Shown here piece by piece: positions 9,713-21,144 of a DNA stretch of 64,000 nucleotides (position 1 is the first letter of the stretch; each line of letters opens with the position of its first letter). The notes beneath the pieces were generated by a model that was given only the letters and a program-made list of their open reading frames with translations, did no database searches and was not told the DNA's origin. The translations under genes were made by a program, and so were the position numbers. Location of the stretch: NCBI GenBank assembly GCA_964203225.1, contig CAXNMK010000002.1:417664-481663 (forward strand). Direction: 5' to 3'. The DNA is from Kofleriaceae bacterium. GTDB taxonomy: Bacteria; Myxococcota_A; Polyangia; Haliangiales; Haliangiaceae.

Positions 9713-10858
9713 TCAGCTGCTGGGACGGCTCGCCGAGCGCTTCTTGCGCTGCCTGCCGATCGCCGTGGGCTGGACCACCGCGTTGAGCGTCGGCGCGCCG
9801 ATCATCAGGTGACCGGCGTCGTTGTCGAGGTCCTCGCCGCGGATGTTGTTCTTGCCCTGGGCCGCGACGGTGTGAGCGGTCCGGCTGACCTCGGCGACCA
9901 GCTCGCGCGCGTTCCCGGGCCACGGCCGCAGCAGGCACGCCTCGATCAGCGTGGAGTGGATCTGCAGCGCGGGCTCGGCCTCGCGGACGGCGTCGTGGAC
10001 GAGGTAGGCCATCTCGTCGGGGCGATCGCGGAGGGCGGGGAGGTGGATGCAGCGGGGGCCGAGGCGGGCCGCCAGCTCGGGCGGCAGGCCGAGGTGCTCG
10101 AGCGTCATCACCTCGGTGGTGACGACACGCAGCCCGGGGCGGGCGTCGAGCAGCTTGACCAGGGCCGCGAGGTTGGCGGGGTCGAGCTTGCCGACCTGCT
10201 CGAGGATCAAGGTCTCGATCGTCGGACCGGCGACCCGCTCGAGCGGCACCGCCTGGATCGTCGGGTTGAACACGGCCTCGGGGCGTTGGCGGAGCCGCGC
10301 ATAGGCGCGCGCCATCCGGCCCTTGCCGCTGCCCGGCTCGCCGATGATCAGCAGGTGGGTCCCCTGCGCCGCGGCCTCCTGGACCTCGCCCCACAGCGGC
10401 CGCGTGATCGCGCCGACGAGCGCGTCGTGTTCGGTGGTGACCCGTCCGCCCTCGAACTGGCTGATGTTCTCCATCACGACCGCGACCGTGCGGCCGGTGC
10501 GGATCACCGACGGTCCGGTCACGGTGACCTCGCGCTCGATCAGCGCGTGGCCACCGGCGAAGGTGCCGTTGCGGCTGCCGAGATCCGTGACGACGAACCG
10601 CTGGTCGCGCCAGGCGACGCGCGCGTGCTGGCGGCTGATCCGATCATCGGTGGTCGCGCCGATCAGCTCGCGGCCCAGGACGAGGCCGGCCTCGGGGATC
10701 CGGAACGACTGCACCAGCGGCGTCGCGCCGCTCCACACCACGACGATCCCGGGCACCGGCTCCGGGGCGGTCGTCGACGGTGGGGACCCCGCTGGCATGG
10801 GCGGAGTATAGCGCCCGTGCGCCGGCCCGGGTGCTACAACGGGGCATCGCGGCACCAC
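9713..10858 (-). CDS. FHA domain plus sigma-54-interaction-like AAA+ domain regulator. It lacks both the GAFTGA loop and a C-terminal HTH.
   Basis: The FHA core reads ...ISRQHARV...GSRNGTF. The AAA+ domain has Walker A GEPGSGKG and the arginine-finger/sensor region ...IHLPALRDRPDEM...WPGNAREL. No GAFTGA motif lies between Walker A and Walker B, and no Fis-type HTH is recognisable. The start may instead be an internal ATG at about 10798. Confidence 0.8.
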   Translation of the reverse strand: MVPRCPVVAPGPAHGRYTPPMPAGSPPSTTAPEPVPGIVVVWSGATPLVQSFRIPEAGLVLGRELIGATTDDRISRQHARVAWRDQRFVVTDLGSRNGTFAGGHALIEREVTVTGPSVIRTGRTVAVVMENISQFEGGRVTTEHDALVGAITRPLWGEVQEAAAQGTHLLIIGEPGSGKGRMARAYARLRQRPEAVFNPTIQAVPLERVAGPTIETLILEQVGKLDPANLAALVKLLDARPGLRVVTTEVMTLEHLGLPPELAARLGPRCIHLPALRDRPDEMAYLVHDAVREAEPALQIHSTLIEACLLRPWPGNARELVAEVSRTAHTVAAQGKNNIRGEDLDNDAGHLMIGAPTLNAVVQPTAIGRQRKKRSASRPSS

Positions 10859-11562
10859 CGGTCATCACGTTCGACGCGGGCCAGACCCTCATCGATCTGG
10901 ACCTTGACTTCCTCGCACGCCGCCTCGCGGAGCGGGGTGTCACCGTCGCGCCGCACGCCCTCGGGGCTGCGGCCTCCGCCGCGTGGACCCGCTACGACGA
11001 GCGGACGGCGGCCGGGGAGGGCCACCCCTGGCGAGCGCTCATGCACGCGCTCCTGACCGGCGCAGGCGTGGCCTCGCTGGCGGGGGCGGACCGCGCCACC
11101 ATCGACGGGCTGGTCGAGTGGCTGTGGCAAGAGCAGCCGCGCGCGAACCTGTGGCGGCGACCGATCCCCGGCATGGTGGCCCTCGCGCGCGAGCTCGCCG
11201 CCCGCGGGGCGCGCGTGGCCGTGCTGTCCAACTCCGAGGGCCGGCTCGCCGAGCTGCTCACCGAGATCGGGCTCGCGGATGCGTTCGAGGTGATCATCGA
11301 CTCGGGGCGCCTCGGCTTCGAGAAGCCCGATCGCCGGATCTTCGATCACACGCTGGCCGCGCTCGGGGTCGCCCCGGGCGAGGTCAGCCCGGTCCACATC
11401 GGCGACTCGTACGCCGCCGACATCGTCGGGGCGCTCGGGGCCGGCTGGCGAGCGCTGTGGTACGGGCGGGTGGTGGCGGACGTCCCCGATGACGCGCGTG
11501 TCCTCGTGGCGCGGGATCCGGCCGAGGCGCGCGCCGCGCTCGTCCGGTTCGGCGTCCTCTAG
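10831..11562 (+). CDS. HAD-family hydrolase.
   Basis: Motif I reads VITFDAGQTLIDLD, and ...VLSNSEG... and ...GDSYAADI... are also present. A GTG at 10831 was chosen so that the gene does not overlap the convergent... divergent FHA gene. Confidence 0.7.
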   Translation: MLQRGIAAPPVITFDAGQTLIDLDLDFLARRLAERGVTVAPHALGAAASAAWTRYDERTAAGEGHPWRALMHALLTGAGVASLAGADRATIDGLVEWLWQEQPRANLWRRPIPGMVALARELAARGARVAVLSNSEGRLAELLTEIGLADAFEVIIDSGRLGFEKPDRRIFDHTLAALGVAPGEVSPVHIGDSYAADIVGALGAGWRALWYGRVVADVPDDARVLVARDPAEARAALVRFGVL

Positions 11563-12227
11563 CGTCGGTCGGCGCGCGCGTGGATCGCGGCGAGGGCGGT
11601 CGCGACCACCGGGCCGGCGGTGATCGCGATCAGCACGGCCGTTCGCGCGAACGTCCGGAACTCGGACAGTGTGGTGGCGAGGGGCTTTTTGGGCAGCGGC
11701 AGCGGCAGGCGGAGGTACAGCGCGAGCAGCGCGAGCCCGACGACGCCGAGCCAGGCGATCATCACGAGCGCCACGGAGCGGCGGTGGGCGCGCACGATCG
11801 CGGCGCTGTCGTCGAGCGAGGCGGGCAGGCCAGCGGCGGTGCTGGCGCCGGTCAGCGCGAACAGGCCGAGGAGCAGGAGGCCAGGCACCACGAGGGCGAG
11901 CGTGCCGATCAGGATCGCCGCGCAGGCGAGCAGGCACGGCACGACAGCGCGCGCCAGCCCGCCGAGGCCCGCGCGCAGGGCGGCGAAGAGCGGCAGCGGC
12001 GTCCCGGCGACGACCGCGCGCGCGAGCGGGGCCACGCCCCCGACGAGGAGCAGCACGCACGGGACGGTGGCGACGACCAGGCCCAGCGTGGTGCGGACCA
12101 TGGCCTTGGCGGGCGCGAGCCCGGACGGGGCGGGCAGACGGAGGGCGGTGAGCAGCAGCGGCACGAACGCGACGAGCGCGAGCACCGCGACCGTGGGTGC
12201 GTGCCGGGTCAGCACGCGCCCCGTCAC
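11559..12227 (-). CDS. Hypothetical polytopic membrane protein.
   Basis: Several hydrophobic helices are present. An internal GTG start at 12227 was chosen to avoid a 126-nt overlap with the upstream methyltransferase gene. Confidence 0.4.
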   Translation of the reverse strand: MTGRVLTRHAPTVAVLALVAFVPLLLTALRLPAPSGLAPAKAMVRTTLGLVVATVPCVLLLVGGVAPLARAVVAGTPLPLFAALRAGLGGLARAVVPCLLACAAILIGTLALVVPGLLLLGLFALTGASTAAGLPASLDDSAAIVRAHRRSVALVMIAWLGVVGLALLALYLRLPLPLPKKPLATTLSEFRTFARTAVLIAITAGPVVATALAAIHARADRR

Positions 12228-12259
12228 CCTCGCGATCGAGGACGACGTGGCCGGTACGG

Positions 12260-13744
12260 TCACCGGCGGTCCCAGCGCTCGAGCCGCCCTCGCACGCCGC
12301 CGAGATCGACGGCGAGCGAGCGCACCCGGGTCAGGCCGAGATGCTCGAGCACCGGCGTGGTCTGGCGGTGGGCCGGCGTGATCCACGCGAGGCGGCCGCG
12401 CGGCGCGAGGGCCTGCACCCAGGTCGGCAGCGCGGCCACGAGGAGCGCGCCCGCGTCGACGGGCACGCGGCTGCCGAGCGGCGGGTTGGTCAAGATCAAA
12501 TCCACGGGGCCGGGCGGCTGCGCGCGCGCATCGGCGTTCGCGAGCTCGGCGGTGACGCCGGCGGCGGCGAGGTTGGCGGCGGCGGCGGCCAGCGCGTCGT
12601 CGTCGTTGTCACTGCCGCGCAGCAGGGCGGTGGGCCCGAGGCGCGCGCGCTCGACGAGCTCGACGCCGGAGCCGCAGAACGGGTCCCACACGCGATCGCC
12701 GGGGTGCGCCTCGCCGAGAAACGCGAGCGCCGCCGCGACGCTCGGGTGCGACGCCGCGGGGACGTCCGCCACGCGGTAGGCGAACCGCGGATCCTCGGCG
12801 CGGCGCGGGGTGAGCTCGAGCGTGCCCTCGGCCTCGTCGACCAGCACGTCCCAGGTGGTCTGGGACGGGTCGTTGATCAGGCGCGGCGCGAGGGCGGTGA
12901 CCTCCTTGGCCACGCGCCAGATCACCGCGCGCTGGTGGCCCTTCGCCATCCCGAGGCGCCACCGGATCGGGCCGCGGGTCCAGCTGTCGAGAAGCGCGAG
13001 CACCGTGGGCGCGGTCAGCGTCGCGACGATCCGGCGGGCGAGGGTGCCGGTCTCGGGACCGCGCGGCGCCGGCGCGAGCGAGATCCGGATCGTGGCGCTC
13101 GCCCACAGGCGCGACGCCTGGAGGGCGCCCCACGGGCCCGCGAGCACGATGTCGACGGCGTCGTCGCGCACCTGGTTGACCTCGGTGCCGAGGCCGACGC
13201 GCGTGACCTCCGTGCGTAGCAGCTCGCCGAGCCCGGGGCGGCAGCCGAGGCGGACGCGCAGCGGGTGGGGCGGCGGCACGTCGAGCGCGATCTGCGAGTC
13301 CTCGCCGCGCCTGGCGGTGCGGTCCGCCATCAGCAGCGCGCGATCGCGCCGGCGCGCGAGCTCGGTGTCGTCGCCGGCGACCAGGCCGGCCAGCCGCGTG
13401 ATCGCGGCCTCGCCGCCGAGCTTGCCGAGCGCCTCGGCGAGCGCGCGCCGCTCGTCGGGCGGGACGTCGGTGGCGTCCCAGCGCGTGATCAGCGCGGCGC
13501 GCACGGGCTCGAGGTCCGCGGCCTCGAGCGCCGGGCTCGGCTCGCGGCGCTCCGCGGCGGTCCGGCGCGCCTCGCCCTCGCGCAGCTCGAGGCCGACCGC
13601 GGTGGCCGCCTGGCGGCGCTCGCTGTCGCGGCGGTCGGCGCGCTGGCGCAGCACCGCCGGCTCGGCGGCGCTCGCGCTGGCCGCGGCGGCGCCCTGCGCG
13701 CCGAGCTTGCCGAGCGCGACGATCGCGGCGCGGCGGGCGCGCAC
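12260..13744 (-). CDS. THUMP-domain class I SAM-dependent RNA (m2G/m6A-type) methyltransferase with an Ala-rich N-terminal region.
   Basis: The methyltransferase motifs DPFCGSG (motif I) and NPPLG (motif IV) are preceded by a THUMP-like region. The N-terminal 170 aa are HEAT-like and low complexity. The gene may continue upstream in another frame to 14079 (see findings). Confidence 0.75.
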   Translation of the reverse strand: MRARRAAIVALGKLGAQGAAAASASAAEPAVLRQRADRRDSERRQAATAVGLELREGEARRTAAERREPSPALEAADLEPVRAALITRWDATDVPPDERRALAEALGKLGGEAAITRLAGLVAGDDTELARRRDRALLMADRTARRGEDSQIALDVPPPHPLRVRLGCRPGLGELLRTEVTRVGLGTEVNQVRDDAVDIVLAGPWGALQASRLWASATIRISLAPAPRGPETGTLARRIVATLTAPTVLALLDSWTRGPIRWRLGMAKGHQRAVIWRVAKEVTALAPRLINDPSQTTWDVLVDEAEGTLELTPRRAEDPRFAYRVADVPAASHPSVAAALAFLGEAHPGDRVWDPFCGSGVELVERARLGPTALLRGSDNDDDALAAAAANLAAAGVTAELANADARAQPPGPVDLILTNPPLGSRVPVDAGALLVAALPTWVQALAPRGRLAWITPAHRQTTPVLEHLGLTRVRSLAVDLGGVRGRLERWDRR

Positions 13745-14088
13745 GCGCGGTCGGCGGCGAGCCGCGCGACGAGCGCGTGGCGGGCGCTGGCGTGGCCGGC
13801 GCGCGCGAACAGGCCGAGCGCGCTGACCAGCCGCGCGATCGCACCCTCGTCGGTCGGCGCCCCGGCCCCCGCACCGGTGGCCGCGTCGGCGGCGAGGCGG
13901 GCGTCGAGCGCGGCGAGGCCTGCGTCTCCGAGGCCGACGAGCGCGGGCAGGGCGCGTGCCGCGCTCGGCTCGCCACCGGCCGCGATCAGGTCGACCAGGG
14001 CCGCGGCGTCCCGCTGCGCGGGGGTGAAGCCAGCGCGCGCGAGCGCGGCCGGCAGATCGAAGTCAGGTGCGCGCGCCACGGCAGCGCG

Positions 14089-15756
<1,668 letters not shown>

Positions 15757-15870
15757 GAGCCTCCTATAACACGCGGGCCGGGCCGCTCGTAGTCGATCGG
15801 GTAGTCGAAACGGGCAGCTGGCGGCCGCGGGCGCTGGCGGCCCCCGGGCGGACGGAGGGGGCGGGAGCGC

Positions 15871-16010
15871 CCGTCAGGCGGTCCCCCCGTCAGGCGGTCC
15901 CCGTCAGGCGGTCCCCGTCAGGCGGTCCCCGTCAGGCGGTCCCCGTCAGGCGGTCCCCGTCAGGCGGTCCCCGTCAGGCGATCCCCGTCAGGCGGTCCCC
16001 GTCAGGCGGT
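15871..16010. repeat. Perfect tandem repeat of about 10 copies of a 14-bp unit, CCGTCAGGCGGTCC, in the ffh upstream region.
   Basis: Seen directly in the sequence. One unit carries a point variant (GCGATCC). Confidence 0.9.
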
Positions 16011-16196
16011 CGATGACGCCCTCGTCCGCGCCCCGGCTGCGCCGCATCCAGGCGGCCCGGGCCGCGTCGGTCCGGATCGCGGGGCGGGATCACGTGGGTG
16101 GCATCGAGCGGGCGCATGTGGTCGATCACCAGGGCCAGGCTGCGCCCGAGCGCGAGGGCCGGCCTCCGGCGGGGCGACGTGCGCGTGGTCGACCGG

Positions 16197-16263
16197 GACG
16201 GTCGCCACCGACGGTCGCCGCCGACGGTCGCCACCGACGGTCGCCGCCGACGGTCGCCGCCGA
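16197..16263. repeat. Tandem repeat of five copies of a 13-bp unit, GACGGTCGCC(A/G)CC.
   Basis: Seen directly in the sequence, in the 550-bp non-coding gap between the kinase 3' end and the ffh start. Confidence 0.85.
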
Positions 16264-16308
16264 CGGTGTGGGCGGTATCACCTCCTCGGGCGCGGCGGCG
16301 CTGCCGGA

Positions 16309-18843
16309 CTACGCCGTCGTCGTGTCCCGCACCAGGCGGAACCCGATCCGCGTGGAGCGGGCGTCGAACTGGAACCGCCGGCGCGCGGTCACGGCGCAGT
16401 CCTCGGCCGCGTCGGACCACGCGCCGCCGCGGCTCACCACCGGTACGATCGAGCCGCTCCGGTCGGTATCGGGCGTCACCGGCGTGCACCAGTCGGCGAC
16501 CCCGCCGCCGAGATCGCGGACACCGTACGGGGAGACGTCGGCGGGGAACGTGCCGATCGGCTCGGGGAGTGGCGGTCCTGGCCGCGACATCCGCATCTTG
16601 CAGAACAGCGCCTCGAACCGGTCGCCCCACGGGAACCGCCGTCCATCGACGCCGCGCGCGGCCTGCTCCCACTCGCGCTCGGTCGGCAGCCGGTAGGTGA
16701 GCCCGGTGCGGCGGGACCACCAGTCCGCGTACCCGAGGGCAGAGATCGCGGTCACACCGAACACGGGCACGTCCCGCCACGTGCGCGCATGGAGGCCGAT
16801 GTCGGCGTGTGCGGGCGTCACCTCGAGCCGGCCGCCCTCGACGGTCCACAGCGGCGCCGCGTTGCGCGCGACGGGGAGGAGCTGGGCCACGCGGCCGGGC
16901 GCCTCGACGAGCATGTTCTCGAGGAACAGCAGGTACTGGCCAAATGTCACCGGGAACGTCTGCATGAAGAACGGCGCCACCAGGGGGCCCTGCGGCTCGC
17001 GGTGCGCGGCCCTGCGGTCGTCCAGCCCGTGCGCGATCTGCCCGTGCGCGATCTGCCCGTGCGCGAGCGCCCCACCGGCGATCAACGTCTCGTCATCGCG
17101 GTACCGGCGGATCGACTCGAGATCGAGCCGGACCTGGGTCTCGCGGTCGCCGAGCACGAGGACGGGCACGCACACGCGCTGCCCGCGGTGCGTGACCACC
17201 ATCTGGTAGCTGCCGGGGGGCGCGGGCACCGCGGCGAGGGCGCGCTTGCGCAGGCGCCGCTCCGCTCCGGGCTGCAGCCGCCGGTCCACCTCGTCGAGGG
17301 GCATCAGGCGGATGTCATCGACGTCGCCGGTCAACTCGAGGTTGATCCAGCCGGGCCGGCCGCCGGCGCGCGACAGGATGCCCTCGTCGTCGTACTGCCG
17401 CAGCAGCCCCTCGAAGTAGCTCCGGTCGAGCGTCGAGCGCCGTTCGCGTGACCGCTCCAGCTGCTCGGCGTACAGGTGAGCGAGGCCGCGACGCGCGGCC
17501 TGCAGTCCCGGCTGCTCGGCGAGCGCCTCCTCGTAGCACGCGATCGCCTCTTGCAGGATGCGGAGCTGCAGCGCGTCGAACACCGCCAGCTCGTCCTCGG
17601 CCGCCCACACGCGCTGTCGCTCGTCGATGGGCGCCCACGGCTCGGTCTGCTGGCGCACGTGGGCGAGCCGGGCCAAGGCCGTGGCGCGGGTCGCCGTGCC
17701 TTCGTGGAACCGGGCCGCCAGCTCGCCCGCCTGCTCGACCAGGCCCTCCGCACGATGCAGGCGCTGCTCGTTCGCGCGGGTCCCCTCGAGGAACGAGGTG
17801 ACGGCGGCGGCGAGTGCCTGGGCCGACGGATGGCGGTCCGCGGGGGCCGGCGACATTGCGACCAGCGCGATGTCCTCGAGCTCCGGCGGCACCACCCGGT
17901 CGGGCGGCGCCAGCGTGCTCGGCCGCGGCGGGACCTGCTGGAGCGCGCGCCGGCGCAGGAGGTCCGAGACGCGCGCGCCGCCGAACGGGGCGCGCAGCGC
18001 GAGGATCCGGTACAGGACCACGCCGAGCGCGAACACGTCGGTGCGGGCGTCGACCACCTGCTCGCCCGCGATCTGCTCGGGCGCCATGTACGCGGGGGTC
18101 CCGCCGAGCTTCTCCGTGTCGAGCTCGGTCACGTACGCGAACCCCCAGTCCCCAACGAGCACCTCGCCGAACGCGCCGAGCAGGATGTTGTCCGGCTTGA
18201 GATCGCAGTGCACGACCTCGCGGCTGTGCGCGTACTCCACGGCCTGGCACACCTGCACGAACGTCCGCAGCAGGCGGGGCAGCGTCCAGGTCGCCACCAT
18301 GCCGGGATCGGCTCGCCGGAGGCCGGCGAGCACGTGCTCGAGGCTGGGCTGATCGAAGTACGGCATCACGTAGAACGGCCCCTCGCGGTCCGAGATGCCC
18401 GCGTCGTAGACCGGGATGATGCTCGGGTGCTGGAGGTGGCCCGTGACCTTGGCCTCGCGGGCGAGGATCCGCGCGTTCTCGGGGGTCTGGCCCTCGTGGT
18501 GGAGCACCTTGAGCGCCACGCGCCGCCCGATCACGCGATCCGTGCTGAGCAGGATCCTCCCCTGGCCGCCCTCGCGCAGGCTCTGCTCGACGGCGTAGCG
18601 GGCGGTCGTCGGCGGGAGCGTCGACGGGCGGCCCCCGAGCGCGTCCTGGAACGCGGCATGCGTCGCGGGCTCGCCGCTCAGCTCGTCGAGCTGGCGCGCG
18701 GACAGCCGCTCGGTGGCGAGCCAGTGGTCGCGAGCGTCGGTCGCCCGGGCCTGATGGAACGACGAGATCGCGCGCGCCAGGTCGTCGGGGGTGATCCACC
18801 CTCGCTCCAGCGCGGCCAGGCCGATGGAGACCAGGGTTCGCAC
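16309..18843 (-). CDS. Ser/Thr protein kinase fused to a C-terminal formylglycine-generating-enzyme (FGE/SUMF1)-like domain.
   Basis: The kinase core includes VALKVL, HCDLKPDNILL, DWGFA and GTPAYMAPE; the catalytic motifs are non-canonical (HCD and DWG). The C-terminus has an FGE-sulfatase-type fold with ...SRGGAWSD.... An internal AHGQIAHGQIAHG sequence arises from a 15-bp DNA triplication. Confidence 0.85.
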   Translation of the reverse strand: MRTLVSIGLAALERGWITPDDLARAISSFHQARATDARDHWLATERLSARQLDELSGEPATHAAFQDALGGRPSTLPPTTARYAVEQSLREGGQGRILLSTDRVIGRRVALKVLHHEGQTPENARILAREAKVTGHLQHPSIIPVYDAGISDREGPFYVMPYFDQPSLEHVLAGLRRADPGMVATWTLPRLLRTFVQVCQAVEYAHSREVVHCDLKPDNILLGAFGEVLVGDWGFAYVTELDTEKLGGTPAYMAPEQIAGEQVVDARTDVFALGVVLYRILALRAPFGGARVSDLLRRRALQQVPPRPSTLAPPDRVVPPELEDIALVAMSPAPADRHPSAQALAAAVTSFLEGTRANEQRLHRAEGLVEQAGELAARFHEGTATRATALARLAHVRQQTEPWAPIDERQRVWAAEDELAVFDALQLRILQEAIACYEEALAEQPGLQAARRGLAHLYAEQLERSRERRSTLDRSYFEGLLRQYDDEGILSRAGGRPGWINLELTGDVDDIRLMPLDEVDRRLQPGAERRLRKRALAAVPAPPGSYQMVVTHRGQRVCVPVLVLGDRETQVRLDLESIRRYRDDETLIAGGALAHGQIAHGQIAHGLDDRRAAHREPQGPLVAPFFMQTFPVTFGQYLLFLENMLVEAPGRVAQLLPVARNAAPLWTVEGGRLEVTPAHADIGLHARTWRDVPVFGVTAISALGYADWWSRRTGLTYRLPTEREWEQAARGVDGRRFPWGDRFEALFCKMRMSRPGPPLPEPIGTFPADVSPYGVRDLGGGVADWCTPVTPDTDRSGSIVPVVSRGGAWSDAAEDCAVTARRRFQFDARSTRIGFRLVRDTTTA

Positions 18844-18904
18844 GTGGATGACAGGCTACCACGTGGCCAGGCGTGGCGATGCGCGCCGATGCGATGTGAT
18901 GCGC

Positions 18905-19333
18905 TCAGCTCGACGACACCACGTACCCGTCGTCGTCGGGCAGGGCGTCGTAGTCGTCGTGATAGAGCGTGCCGAGGTGCCGGGACACGAACACCTGGAT
19001 CAGGTCGGGGTCGTACATCTCGCCCGCGGTCTTGCGCAGGATCGCCTCGGCCTCGTCGATGGCGAGCGCCTGCTTGTTCGGGCGATCGGTGACCATCGCG
19101 TCGAACGCGTCGGCGACCGCCACGATCCGCGCGGACAGCGGGATGTTCTCGGCGATCTTCTTGTCAGGATCGCCGGAGCCATCCCAGCGCTCGTGGTGGT
19201 TGCGCACCGCCGGCATGATTTGAGGGTGCGCCACCAGGGCGCGGAACCGCCGCGTCACGCTCCGCACCATGTCGCCCGGGGGGGCCTGGTTCAACGATGA
19301 AACGAGGCGTGGGGCTGCGCACGTCGCGTACAT
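18905..19333 (-). CDS. Truncated HD-GYP-type phosphohydrolase domain protein. Only the C-terminal half of the domain is present, so it may be a pseudogene or remnant.
   Basis: The motif [11 protein letters not shown] is present (GYP is replaced by GDP), together with downstream helices. The upstream H...HD metal-binding motifs are absent in every frame. Confidence 0.5.
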   Translation of the reverse strand: MYATCAAPRLVSSLNQAPPGDMVRSVTRRFRALVAHPQIMPAVRNHHERWDGSGDPDKKIAENIPLSARIVAVADAFDAMVTDRPNKQALAIDEAEAILRKTAGEMYDPDLIQVFVSRHLGTLYHDDYDALPDDDGYVVSSS

Positions 19334-19423
19334 GATCCGAGAGGCCGACGTGACGTCGGCCCCGGGCGTGGTACACGAAGATTCACGCGCGGGGCGTCAC
19401 CGCGGCGCGCGCGTGTCCCCTCC

Positions 19424-21106
<1,683 letters not shown>

Positions 21107-21144
21107 CGGGTCATCCAGCCCGCCGGGTCATCCAGCCCGACGCG

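Noticed and set aside
15871-16010. Possible CRISPR array; other tandem arrays lie at 34432-34548 and 53405-53530.
   Set aside because: The units are 9-19 bp and directly abutting, with no unique spacers and no cas genes. They are simple minisatellites.
15974-16849. 291-aa minus-strand ORF covering the tandem-repeat region upstream of ffh.
   Set aside because: It overlaps 540 nt of the kinase gene 3' end in another frame. The remainder is a repeat-encoded Arg/Pro-rich sequence with no start context.
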